37,356 nucleotides of DNA. It comes from Acidobacteriota bacterium. Lineage in GTDB: Bacteria; Acidobacteriota; Vicinamibacteria; Vicinamibacterales; UBA8438. The stretch lies in the NCBI GenBank assembly GCA_002712885.1, contig PAUN01000056.1, forward strand, positions 33,135 through 70,490, read 5' to 3'. Of this stretch, positions 1-9,423 are shown in pieces. The notes under the pieces were generated by a model. It ran no database searches, was not told the origin of the DNA, and saw nothing but the letters and a program-made list of their open reading frames with translations. The translations under genes and the position numbers were made by a program. The stretch's first letter is position 1; each line of letters starts with the position of its first letter.

Positions 1-1040
1 ATCCGCTCCGCCGACGGTTCTACGAAGCGAGTAATCGGAAGCTCCAGACGTGGGCTGCGTAACGCTATAACCGCTAGAACCAGTGCTACGCTCAATAACG
101 ACACACTGAGCCATGCGATGGGACGTTTCCAGATCACTAGATCCGATGGCGTTGCTGTGACGAACGGTGACGGCTCGGTCGTCTCGAATGCACCTTGCAT
201 CACGAGCCGCACATCGCCAATGTCCCTCACGCGCTCCCTGGGATCTTTCTCAAGGCAGCGGCGCACGAGATTATCGAGCTTCGATGGTAAATCTGTGGGC
301 AGCCGATCCCAATCCGGCTCTTGCAGCATCACCGCCGCCAATGTCTCCGACGCTGTCTCACCCCCGAAGACCCGTTTTCCACCCAACATCTCCAGCAACA
401 CGACCCCGAACGCCCAGATGTCCACCCGCTTGTCGACCGGCTTCCCCTTGGCTTGCTCTGGGGCCATGTAGGCCGCCGTGCCAATGACCATCCCCATCTG
501 CGTGGCCCCAGTGATCGACATCGTGGCTGACGTCGTCGCGCTGGTTCCGCTCGCGTCAGAGGCGACTGCTTTTGCCAACCCGAAGTCCAGCACCTTCACA
601 GTCCCATCGGGCTTTAGCTTCACGTTGGCCGGTTTTAGATCGCGGTGAATGATGCCCTTCTCGTGGGCCGCTTCGAGGCCATCCGCGATCTGCTTGGCGA
701 TGGTCAGGGCCTCATCGACTGGAATGGGTCCTTCAGCAATTCGGTCGGCGAGGGTCGGTCCCTCAATGAGTTCCAGGACAAGCGCCTGGGTGTCCCCGGA
801 GCTCTCCAGGCCATGAATCGCGCCAATGTTTGGATGGTTCAGCGACGCCAGGACCTTGGCTTCACGCTGGAACCGAACGAGACGATCAGGGTCAGCCGTG
901 AAGGCTTCCGGCAAGACCTTCAGCGCCACGTCGCGGTCGAGCGTGGTGTCGCGGGCCTGATACACCTCGCCCATTCCGCCTTCGCCGATCTTCGCGGTGA
1001 CTTCGTAGACGCCGAGCCGGGTTCCAGGTATTAGAGGCAT
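1..1040 (-). CDS. Hanks-type Ser/Thr protein kinase with transmembrane segment; 3' end runs off the window
   Basis: Absent from the ORF track because it has no stop inside the window. Translated by hand from ATG 1040: MPLIPGTRLGVYEVTAKIGEGGMGEVY (Gly loop), VALK, HRDLKPAN, DFG, GTAAYMAPE, DIWAFG, then a hydrophobic helix IAWLSVSLLSVALVLAVIAL. Confidence 0.93.
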   Translation of the reverse strand, partial: MPLIPGTRLGVYEVTAKIGEGGMGEVYQARDTTLDRDVALKVLPEAFTADPDRLVRFQREAKVLASLNHPNIGAIHGLESSGDTQALVLELIEGPTLADRIAEGPIPVDEALTIAKQIADGLEAAHEKGIIHRDLKPANVKLKPDGTVKVLDFGLAKAVASDASGTSATTSATMSITGATQMGMVIGTAAYMAPEQAKGKPVDKRVDIWAFGVVLLEMLGGKRVFGGETASETLAAVMLQEPDWDRLPTDLPSKLDNLVRRCLEKDPRERVRDIGDVRLVMQGAFETTEPSPFVTATPSDLVIWKRPIAWLSVSLLSVALVLAVIALRSPRLELPITRFVEPSAER

Positions 1041-1556
1041 GGTGTATTAGCCATCCTACCGCTGACTGGCAGGGGGTTCAATGCGGCTCACGCGGCTCCG
1101 CGGTGGCATTGCGGTACCGCTCCCTCGTGTCAGGATTGCCCCGGCCCAGCGAGCCTTCAACCACGGAGACAAAGACCGCAGCAGATCCGCCCGACACCAC
1201 CTTTCTCCAATCGGTGCACTAATCAACAAACGCGCGAGGCGTACTATAGATGTGGACCAAGTGAGAGCATGAAAGAAGAGGGATCTTGAAGCAATGCCGA
1301 GAGGCCCAATGGATACAGATAGGATAAGCAGACTGGGTCACGCCGCATCTACAGCCTCAGCTCAGATGCTTCACCGCCCACCTTCGAGGCATCCGCCGGT
1401 CGACACCCGAGATGAATGCACGGTGTCGTCCGTCTTACACGTTTTATCCCATCGCTCTAGCGATAGACGCCGTCCGGCGCAATAGTCGGCAGACTGTATG
1501 CCGGTCGAGGCGTATCGCCACCGCCGCTGTCCACGCGACGAGCCGGGCCGAGACGA

Positions 1557-3548
1557 TCACGGGACAGCGAGTGCGACATACTCGCTTTCCATGTCTCCCC
1601 AGCCGACCGCGACGACGATGTACTGCTTCCCGCCCGCCATGTAACTGATTGGCGCGGCGGTGGTGCCACCGGGGAGCGCCATCTCCCAGACGCGGTCGCC
1701 GGTGGCCTTGTCATAGGCCCGGAACATCCGGCTCCCACTGCCCTCCGGCAAGAACGCGCCACCAACGTTGGCACCGTCGCCGAGGAAGACCAGGGTTTTT
1801 GTGATCAACGGGGCGACTCGACCGCCCTGCCCAAGCGGCGGCAGGTTGAGGTGCGCGATCGCCGGATGGTCACGTGGTCCGTCGCCGTTGGCGATCGTCC
1901 AGAGAATCTCACCGGCGTTGAGGTCAATCGCCACCAGACGTCCGTAAGGTGGCTTGAAAAGTGGCAGGCCCTGGGGTCCAGGAATGTGCCGCGCCCCTTT
2001 CATGACCCAGTCGACGTCTGATCGCGGGTGGTCCGACCGCCCCAACCCGACGACCGTGCCGCTGTGGACCGACGGCACATACAGGATGCCGGTCTCCGGG
2101 TCGCCCCCGGCGCCGTTCCAGTCGGTGCCGCCCACCAGACCCGGCACGACCATCGTGCCCTGGGTGCCGCCGGGACGGTCATCGATCAATGACGGCGGCG
2201 TGAAGAACGCTCCCCAGACATAGTCGTCGAGCATCGCCACCGCCTCGGCCCGCAGTTCGGGCGTGAAATCGATGAGATCGTCCAGGGTCACGCCCTGCTG
2301 ATCGTATGGAGGGGGTTTGGTTGGGAACGGCTGGGTCTCCGCATACCACTCGCCCGGGACGTCGCCGCGAGGCACCGGTCGTTCCTCGATCGGCCAGACC
2401 GGCTCACCGGTGACGCGGTCGAAGACATACGTGCTGGCCTGTTTACTGGTAATGGCGACGGCCTTGATGTCGCGTCCGCCCACCCGGATGTCGAGCAACG
2501 TGGGCGCTGCCGGGAAGTCGTAGTCCCACAGCCCGTGGTGGACCGCCTGGAAGTGCCAGACACGTTCGCCGGTCTCGGCGTCGAGACACACCAGACTCTC
2601 AGCGAACAGATTGTCGCCGGGGCGATGCCCCCCGTAATAATCGCCGGTCGGGGTCGACAGCGGCAGGTAGACGTAGCCCAGTTCCTCGTCCGCGCTGGGC
2701 GACGCCCACATGTTGGTGTTCCCGGTGTACTCCCACGACCGGCGGTCCTCGTTGAGCCCGGTCAGCCAGGTCTCGTTACCGGGTTCGCCCTCGCGTGCGA
2801 TGGTGTGAAAAATCCAGCGCTGCTCGCCGGTACGCACATCGAACCCGCGCACGTCGCCGGGCGGCATCTCCTTCATCGCCGGCATGGTGGCATTGGTGAT
2901 GTCGCCGATGGCGGACCCGACCACGATGATGTCGTTGACGACGAGCGGCGCCGACCGCCAGCGGAAACGGGTGACCACCCGGTCGTCATAGCCCTCCACA
3001 AGGTCCACTTCGCCGTCGATGCCGAAGTCCGGGTAGCGCTCGCCCGTCTCCGCGTTCAGAGCCACCAGGCGTGACCCGATGACGGCAATGACGCGGGCAT
3101 CGTCGCCACCATCGTCATCGCTCCAGTAACCGAGGCCCCGGGTCGCGAACCCGCGTGGACGTTCTTCGCCCTCCGGCACCGGGGGCGTATCGAACCAGAC
3201 CACCTCCCCGGTCGTCGCATCGAGCGCGGTCACCGTACCGAGGGGGGTGCTGATGTAGAGCCGCCCTTCCGCCATGATCGGCGTATTCTGCGAAGCGCCG
3301 GGAGCACGCAGGTCGTTGCCCTGCCGCGTCGCGTCGGGAATCGTCGATTGTCGCCAAGCGATACGAAGGTCGTGCACCGTGTCGGCGTCAATCTGATCGA
3401 GCGGGGTGTACTTGGTGCTGGCCTTGTCACTCGCGTAGGCGCGCCACTCGCCGGTCTGACCGGCGATCCCGGAGACCGGCGTCAGGAGAAACAGCGCGAC
3501 TCCGACACAAACGATCGGTAGCGCGCGAGTCATCACCGCCTTGACCAT
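1557..3548 (-). CDS. PQQ-dependent dehydrogenase, glucose/quinate/shikimate (mGDH-like) catalytic domain, secreted
   Basis: KYTPLDQI..LRIAW, QNTPI, RGLGYW, GDVRGFDVRTG, VHHGLWDYD, KPPYG and PISYM..GKQYIVV match the PQQ beta-propeller family. Start placed at ATG 3548, which has AAGGAG 6 nt upstream and is followed by a signal peptide. Confidence 0.85.
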   Translation of the reverse strand: MVKAVMTRALPIVCVGVALFLLTPVSGIAGQTGEWRAYASDKASTKYTPLDQIDADTVHDLRIAWRQSTIPDATRQGNDLRAPGASQNTPIMAEGRLYISTPLGTVTALDATTGEVVWFDTPPVPEGEERPRGFATRGLGYWSDDDGGDDARVIAVIGSRLVALNAETGERYPDFGIDGEVDLVEGYDDRVVTRFRWRSAPLVVNDIIVVGSAIGDITNATMPAMKEMPPGDVRGFDVRTGEQRWIFHTIAREGEPGNETWLTGLNEDRRSWEYTGNTNMWASPSADEELGYVYLPLSTPTGDYYGGHRPGDNLFAESLVCLDAETGERVWHFQAVHHGLWDYDFPAAPTLLDIRVGGRDIKAVAITSKQASTYVFDRVTGEPVWPIEERPVPRGDVPGEWYAETQPFPTKPPPYDQQGVTLDDLIDFTPELRAEAVAMLDDYVWGAFFTPPSLIDDRPGGTQGTMVVPGLVGGTDWNGAGGDPETGILYVPSVHSGTVVGLGRSDHPRSDVDWVMKGARHIPGPQGLPLFKPPYGRLVAIDLNAGEILWTIANGDGPRDHPAIAHLNLPPLGQGGRVAPLITKTLVFLGDGANVGGAFLPEGSGSRMFRAYDKATGDRVWEMALPGGTTAAPISYMAGGKQYIVVAVGWGDMESEYVALAVP

Positions 3549-3717
3549 GCCCATCTCCTTCTCGTTGAGCGCTCTTGACGAGCACGTCGTGCCGAGCATG
3601 TTCGCACCGCGCGCAGGGGTCAAGGCCGGATTCACAGAGCGCCCTACCGGTCGACTCCCTGGCTCCCGACCGGTATAGTCACAATCACATCTACGTTCGT
3701 CGCTGAAGGAGTTGAAG

Positions 3718-4665
3718 ATGAAACGCAGTATCTACTTGGCAGGCCTCACGGCCCTAGGCCTCATCGCGACCATGGTCACTTTCGAGGCCCGACAAGACCG
3801 GGCGAGCCTCACCGTGCATGAGATCGCCGACAACCTGTATATGCTGGCCAATGCCCCCTCCGTGGAAGGCATGGGCGGTGGCGGTAACACCGCGATTTTT
3901 GTAACCGACGGCGGCGTCACCTTGGTCGACACGAAGATCAAAGGCTACGGCCAGGACATCCTCGCCGCGGTACGCGAGCTCACCGACAAGCCGGTGACGA
4001 CGATCATCAACACCCACACGCACTGGGACCATTCGGGCTCGAACCCGGAGTTTCCGGATTCGGTCAACTTCGTGGCGCACGAGAACACCCGCGGGCACAT
4101 GGCGAGCCAGGATTGTGATGACGGCGCCGGGTTCCAGGGAGGCTCGATCAAGAACTGTGAATCGTTCACAGGTGCCAACGTGACCTACCTGCCGAAAACG
4201 ACCTTCTCCGATACGCTGACGCTCTTCAGCGGAGCGGACCAGATCGACCTGTATTACTTCGGTCGCGGCCACACCGACGGCGACATCTTCGTTGTCTTTC
4301 GCGCCGCACGCGTGATGCACTCGGGCGACATGTTCGCGCGCCGGGGGCTGCCTTTCCTCGACGTGCCGAACAGCAACGGAAGCGCCGTCGAGTTCGGTGA
4401 GACCCTCAAGCGCGCGATCAGTGGGATCTCGAACGTCGATACCGTGATTCCCGGACACAACCCGATCCCGCTCCCATGGAATGACTTCGTCAAGTACGAG
4501 GGCTTTTACAACGACCTGGTGATGAAGGCGCAGCAAGGGAAAGCGGCCGGTCGTTCGGTCGACGACGTCGTGTCGTCGTATCGCGTGCCGAGTGAGTACA
4601 GCAACTATGCAGCGCCCGAGGATCGTGTCCGGGCTACCGTGCAGTATCTGTTCGACGGACAGTAG
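3718..4665 (+). CDS. Secreted metallo-beta-lactamase-fold hydrolase (cyclase-like subgroup)
   Basis: HTHWDH (HxHxDH), GRGHTDGD, SGD and IPGH metal-binding motifs; N-terminal hydrophobic signal; GAAGGAG RBS before ATG 3718. Confidence 0.88.
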   Translation: MKRSIYLAGLTALGLIATMVTFEARQDRASLTVHEIADNLYMLANAPSVEGMGGGGNTAIFVTDGGVTLVDTKIKGYGQDILAAVRELTDKPVTTIINTHTHWDHSGSNPEFPDSVNFVAHENTRGHMASQDCDDGAGFQGGSIKNCESFTGANVTYLPKTTFSDTLTLFSGADQIDLYYFGRGHTDGDIFVVFRAARVMHSGDMFARRGLPFLDVPNSNGSAVEFGETLKRAISGISNVDTVIPGHNPIPLPWNDFVKYEGFYNDLVMKAQQGKAAGRSVDDVVSSYRVPSEYSNYAAPEDRVRATVQYLFDGQ

Positions 4666-4681
4666 GAAACGGCGAACGTCC

Positions 4682-5770
4682 CTAGTTCGGCACCACGAAC
4701 ATCTGTGACATGTCGCCGGGGAGCGTGATGGTGCGCAGGTAGCGGTAGGTCGAAGCTTCGTACAGGTCGATCGTGTCGCCGGCCTGGTGGATGTAGAGGA
4801 TCTGGCCGTTGGTACTGGGCGTAACGGCCATCCGCGGTCGCCCGTCAATGGCCTGGCGACGCTCGAGCCGCCGCCCCTCCAGGTCGAAGGTCCAGAACTC
4901 GTAGTGCCCGATCTCGCTGAGCAGCGCATGGGCCTTCCGGCGGCCCGGGGCCAACGCGAATGACCCTACGGGCTCGGACGGACCGAGCGTGTAGAAGTCG
5001 ACATCCCGCTCGGCCAAATTGATGCGCGCGATGCCCATCAGGCTGCGATTCTGCACCTGATCCCGTACCCGGAAGATACCGGAGTAGAACCCGGGTTCTT
5101 CATTCGGATCGTAGCGAAATCCGAAGTTGAACCGCCCGACTCCCCCTTCGTCGAGTTGGGACAGTTCCCACCGCTCGACCTCCTCGAATCCGGTGGTCTC
5201 CAGGGCCACTATCTCGTCGCCAAAGAGGTAGAGCAGATCGCCGCTCGGCGAGAACAGCATGTTCACACTGACCCGTTCCTCGCCGTCCGGCCACGGGATC
5301 TCGCGCAGCACCTCGTGGGTGGCGAGGTCGACCTGCACCAAAGCACGTGGCGCGATCTCAAATCTGTCGATCTGCTTCGTGGCAGTATCGATCAACAGAA
5401 TGATGGACGAGTGATCCGGGGCGGCGCGGAAACTCCGGATACGAACCTTGGTCTGTCCTTCGCTCAACGTCAGCGTGTCGATGGTGCGGCGGGTCGCGAC
5501 GTCCATCACCTCGAGCTGCTCGAACGTGCGGTCTCGCATGTAGAGCCGGGTCCGGTCCTCGGACAGCGCCATGCTGCTGGGCGGCCCGTCGAGCGTCATC
5601 GTGATGTCATCCACCACCTGTTCGGTCGCCTCATCGACGACAAAGACACGGCCCGGGTACCCGCCGACGTAGATAGTGCCAGTGCCGCCGGTGAGGTCCG
5701 GGGCGGTCTGGGCGGCCACACTTCCAGCGAGCGTGACGCTGCCGACGAGCAGGAAGAAGAAAAATCGCAT
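4682..5770 (-). CDS. qhpB: Quinohemoprotein amine dehydrogenase beta subunit (beta-propeller)
   Basis: Signal peptide MRFFFFLLVGSVTLAGSVAAQ; YncE/YVTN-like propeller repeats; C-terminal GQILYI..GDTIDLYEA..ITLPGDMS; immediately downstream of the gamma subunit. Alternative GTG start at 5803. Confidence 0.8.
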   Translation of the reverse strand: MRFFFFLLVGSVTLAGSVAAQTAPDLTGGTGTIYVGGYPGRVFVVDEATEQVVDDITMTLDGPPSSMALSEDRTRLYMRDRTFEQLEVMDVATRRTIDTLTLSEGQTKVRIRSFRAAPDHSSIILLIDTATKQIDRFEIAPRALVQVDLATHEVLREIPWPDGEERVSVNMLFSPSGDLLYLFGDEIVALETTGFEEVERWELSQLDEGGVGRFNFGFRYDPNEEPGFYSGIFRVRDQVQNRSLMGIARINLAERDVDFYTLGPSEPVGSFALAPGRRKAHALLSEIGHYEFWTFDLEGRRLERRQAIDGRPRMAVTPSTNGQILYIHQAGDTIDLYEASTYRYLRTITLPGDMSQMFVVPN

Positions 5771-5815
5771 CGACTGGTCCGGATAGCGCTGGTGCCCTGA
5801 CACACTCAGCCCACG

Positions 5816-6172
5816 CTACGGAAAGATGAGGTCGATCTTCCGCCAATCCTTCTGGGCAGCGGCGCACTTGCTCGTCCAGTCCGGCGCGTGGTTGAGCTGG
5901 TCTGGCACATGCGCCGGCCAATAGCATCCGAGGTGGCAATCGAACAGATCCCGTTCGACCGGCTGACACAACCCGGCCGTGCCGCCATTGCGGTCCGCCT
6001 CCCAGCCCGGCTGGAACGCCAGGGAGCACCCGAGCGGGATGTGGGGCCCTTCCGGCTGCTGGGGTGGACCGGAGCCCTGCTGCTGCAGCGCGACGACATC
6101 GCCCGCAGGCGCGGGGTTGGCGGCGGCCGCGATCCGGGCGGCTTTCCGATTGATAGGGGTCAGATGCTTCAT
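5816..6172 (-). CDS. qhpC: Quinohemoprotein amine dehydrogenase gamma subunit precursor (CTQ cofactor, thioether cross-links)
   Basis: Leader MKHLTPINRKA; core GCSLAFQPGWE..LCQPVERDLFDCHLGCYWPAHVPD keeps the C-x8-E, C-x5-D and C-x7-D thioether pairs and the C-x5-W CTQ pair; ends DWRKIDLIFP. Confidence 0.95.
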   Translation of the reverse strand: MKHLTPINRKAARIAAAANPAPAGDVVALQQQGSGPPQQPEGPHIPLGCSLAFQPGWEADRNGGTAGLCQPVERDLFDCHLGCYWPAHVPDQLNHAPDWTSKCAAAQKDWRKIDLIFP

Positions 6173-6179
6173 GGCGTTC

Positions 6180-7616
6180 TCACGAGTCGAACCGGTTCAG
6201 AAAACGGGGACTCCGTTCGGCGATCTCGCCGTAGATACGCAGGCAGATATCGGTCCACTCGCGGATCCAGTCACAGTAATGCAAGTTCGGATGCGTGGTC
6301 GTGCCGTAGCGCGTATGGGCCTCATGGTAGCACCCCCCTGAACACAGCGGCCGAGCCCAGCAGGTGTGGCAATCGGTCTTGTGCGCAATGTGATTGCGCT
6401 CGAGAAAGGCCTGCTGCGCCTCCCGGTCAAGCCCCTCAGTCACGCTGCCGAGATTATGTTCGTCCGACCCGGCGAAACGATGGCACAGCGCGACGTCACC
6501 CCCCGTGGCCACGCCGATGAGCCCGAGTCCGGCGCCACACGGATACGCCTTGCTGACGCCCTTGTGGATCTCCCCCAAGGTTTCGCTGACGTTCGAAAAC
6601 CCGTGGTGCTGACCGGCCAGCGCGGCGCGAAGAAACTCATCGGCCAACGCTTTAAACTGCGTGACCATCTGGTCGAACCCCGAGCCGTCGAGGGCGTGGT
6701 CGCGACCGGGTGACGTGGTGACTGGGGCGAACCCCACTTCCTGGAACCCGATCTCTTCGGTCAAATGCTGATAGATACCGAGGATGTCGTTAACTTGCGA
6801 GGTGAGCGTCACCCGGGCGCCGATGGGCCGGCTGCGATGCCGTTGGAGCAGCTCGCGGACCCGCGGCAGCATCACGTCGTAGCTGCCGCTCCCGTCATGA
6901 AACACGCGAAATCGGTTCTGCATGTCGCGCGGTCCATCAACGGAGACGGTCACCGAGATGTCTTCCTGGGCCAGGAACTCGATCATCTTGGTGGTGAGCA
7001 GCGTCGCGTTGGTCGTGAGGTTGAATTCGACCCGTTTGCCGTGCGCCTCAGCCTGGGCCTTGGCATATGGCACGGCCCGGCTCAGCACCGGATAGTTCAT
7101 CAAGGTCTCGCCGCCGAAGAAGCTGACGTGGACCACCTCGACCTCACCCGACTCGCGAAACAGCAGGTCGATACTCTTCCGCGCCGTCTCGTCAGTCATG
7201 AACTTGGGCTGCGCGCCGTTGGTGGTATCGACGATCTTGTCTTCGCTATACTCGTAGCAGTAGCCACAACTCAGGTTGCACTGGTTCGTGACGTTGAGGA
7301 CCGCCGTCGTGAGGGGAAACGACTCGACCGGGGTCAGCGGAATGATGGCCGGCATCTCCGGCACCGGTTCGGCGGCGGGCCGGACCGCGTGGATCTGCTC
7401 GAGCTCGGTCAAGAGGGCATCGAGGTCCATCGCCGGAAACTCCGGCGACACGCGGGCAATCAACTCGGCGCGGTCGACCGGCTGGTCACCCAGCGCGTCG
7501 ATCAAGGCGCCCGCCGGGGCATCCAGCGCAAAGACGGCCGCGCTGGGGACCAGATACAAATACCGCTGGTCGGCGGCCTCGAACGCATGGTGTTCTCCGA
7601 GGCAAAGCATGGTCAT
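6180..7616 (-). CDS. qhpD: Radical SAM/SPASM maturase forming Cys-Asp/Glu thioethers in the gamma subunit (QhpD/PeaB)
   Basis: CNLSCGYC (CxxxCxxC), FFGGE, SPASM cysteines CGAG..C..CHTCWARPLCSGGCYHE..C; located between the alpha and gamma genes; ATGA overlap with the alpha gene stop. Confidence 0.95.
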   Translation of the reverse strand: MTMLCLGEHHAFEAADQRYLYLVPSAAVFALDAPAGALIDALGDQPVDRAELIARVSPEFPAMDLDALLTELEQIHAVRPAAEPVPEMPAIIPLTPVESFPLTTAVLNVTNQCNLSCGYCYEYSEDKIVDTTNGAQPKFMTDETARKSIDLLFRESGEVEVVHVSFFGGETLMNYPVLSRAVPYAKAQAEAHGKRVEFNLTTNATLLTTKMIEFLAQEDISVTVSVDGPRDMQNRFRVFHDGSGSYDVMLPRVRELLQRHRSRPIGARVTLTSQVNDILGIYQHLTEEIGFQEVGFAPVTTSPGRDHALDGSGFDQMVTQFKALADEFLRAALAGQHHGFSNVSETLGEIHKGVSKAYPCGAGLGLIGVATGGDVALCHRFAGSDEHNLGSVTEGLDREAQQAFLERNHIAHKTDCHTCWARPLCSGGCYHEAHTRYGTTTHPNLHYCDWIREWTDICLRIYGEIAERSPRFLNRFDS

Positions 7617-9295
7617 GGACGCTCCACTGCGGTCGGATCCCAGCGCAGGTAGTTCGGCACGGTCACCAGCAGGTGAGCCCGCGCGCGGAGCGTGCGCGAC
7701 CCCGCCGGATAGGTGGCCACGACCCAGACGTCGCCCACATTGTTTCGGTTCCCGTTGCGCTCCGCGTTTGGTCCGTCGAGGGCCGGGGTAAACCGGCCCT
7801 GCCCGTCGATGGCGCCGACATACCGGAGGTCGTCGTCTCCGAACGTCGCCGCGTATTCTTCGAGGGCCCAGGTCGCGTCGACCAGCCCCAGATCGAGGTC
7901 GTCGTCGGTGTTCGCTTCACCGTCCGGCCCATCGTGATACGCCCGCGCTTCGAATTGTTGAAACTGCTTCGGCACGCGGACCCCACCGACCCGGGCCATG
8001 CCGGCATCAGGCGTCACCGCGATCCGGGAGACCGTGTCGTAGACCATCAGGGCATCAGCGAGCGAGGTCTGGTCGAGAAAGAGGTCTCGACGGCCGACCC
8101 GCGCATCGCCATCGACCCGTACCTCGGCCGTAACGAGACCCGCGGTGGCACTGACGACACGGAGCACCTCCAGCCCCGGGCCAAGGTCCAGGTCCGCGGT
8201 GGTCGCGGAAGCCAGATGCTCGCCGTACAGCTGCAGCGTGACCGTCTGCCCGACCTGAATCGACGCGGGGTGCACGCCGGTCACGACCGGGGCAGTCCCC
8301 ACGCGCTCGAGGGCGATGTCGAGGCCGATCTCGTCGTAGCCGCCCGTGAACCAGCGCCCCTGCATCGACTGCCAGTCGCGGTCGACGAACATCACCTCGC
8401 GGAGGCCATCCGTATCGTTGGCGCCTTCGAGCGACCGGCCTCGCCACTGAAACCCGGTGTAGACGATGGCCTGTCCGACCCTGGTGACACGACGTCCATC
8501 TCGCGCGTAGACATAGCTGGTGTCGGTCGTGAATTCGTCGTCGGCACCTGGCGTCGGGGTGATGGTGACCTGACCGTAGACGGCGCCCACACCCGGCGCA
8601 TGGCCACGCAGGGCCCAGATGCCCGCGATCCGCGGAGCACGCATCGTAGCCGACCATGCGGACCACTCCGGAGACTCGAGCGGGAAACGCTCGCTGAGAT
8701 GCTCCACCGCATGATCAACCGGCTGGGGTTCATCGTTCTCTCCCGACCGTCGGAACGCCTGAAAATCTGTGAATGGATAGTAGCCCCTATGCATCGCGGT
8801 CACGAGCCGCCATTCCTCGGCGGTCCGGCGCTGGCTCACGACCCGCCCCATCGAGTGGCAGGTGGTGCAAGTCTGCTTGACGTCGGCGTCCTCGTACGCT
8901 TGGTCATCCGACCGACGCTCGGCCTCGAACGCAGCTGGACCGGCTTCTTCGGGAGCCAAACCAAGGTTGTTGGCCAGGTACCGGACGACCTCACGCGCCG
9001 TCTCGGGAGCGATCGTCAGATCATTCAGCATCACCATCCTGCGGATGGTCTGCTGCCAGCCTTCGGGCGTGGTGCGCCGAAATGAGATGCGAGACAGCCG
9101 ACCAGCGTCGTCTGGGGCATGGCATGACCCGCACGCCTCACGGACGGTGGCGTCCGGGATCGGGATGCCCGACTCGTCGGCCTCCGCCGCCGCTGCGGTT
9201 CCCTGGGCTGCAGCCATCGACGGCGTCACGGTCACGAGCCCCAGCCCAACGACCAGCAGGCAGTGCAGACGAATGGCAACGGGTGGCAGGCGCAT
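7613..9295 (-). CDS. qhpA: Quinohemoprotein amine dehydrogenase alpha subunit (dihaem c)
   Basis: Two CxxCH motifs (CGSCH, CTTCH); SRISFRRTTPEGW..RRM, YTGFQWRG, ARVGG, GPN..R...NNVGD and LLVTVP. Start placed at ATG 9295 (GGAG upstream, signal peptide follows) rather than 9502. Confidence 0.93.
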   Translation of the reverse strand: MRLPPVAIRLHCLLVVGLGLVTVTPSMAAAQGTAAAAEADESGIPIPDATVREACGSCHAPDDAGRLSRISFRRTTPEGWQQTIRRMVMLNDLTIAPETAREVVRYLANNLGLAPEEAGPAAFEAERRSDDQAYEDADVKQTCTTCHSMGRVVSQRRTAEEWRLVTAMHRGYYPFTDFQAFRRSGENDEPQPVDHAVEHLSERFPLESPEWSAWSATMRAPRIAGIWALRGHAPGVGAVYGQVTITPTPGADDEFTTDTSYVYARDGRRVTRVGQAIVYTGFQWRGRSLEGANDTDGLREVMFVDRDWQSMQGRWFTGGYDEIGLDIALERVGTAPVVTGVHPASIQVGQTVTLQLYGEHLASATTADLDLGPGLEVLRVVSATAGLVTAEVRVDGDARVGRRDLFLDQTSLADALMVYDTVSRIAVTPDAGMARVGGVRVPKQFQQFEARAYHDGPDGEANTDDDLDLGLVDATWALEEYAATFGDDDLRYVGAIDGQGRFTPALDGPNAERNGNRNNVGDVWVVATYPAGSRTLRARAHLLVTVPNYLRWDPTAVERP

Positions 9296-9423
9296 ACGTA
9301 ACGGCTCCAGTCGTAGAACCTGCCCTTTGTAGCACACGTCCCGTAGAAGCGGAGAGGAATTCGCGCCAAGCAAGCCGCGCACAGTGCGGCTCACGGCCGC
9401 GGAGACTTGGGGCGCAGCCCCAT

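Noticed and set aside
118-1034. Plus-strand ORFs 118-471, 167-487, 321-530 and 645-1034
   Set aside because: Antisense shadows of the minus-strand Ser/Thr kinase, which has all the kinase motifs.
1041-1556. Short ORFs and small hairpins in the kinase upstream region
   Set aside because: No recognisable motifs, RBS or RNA family features; left as intergenic.
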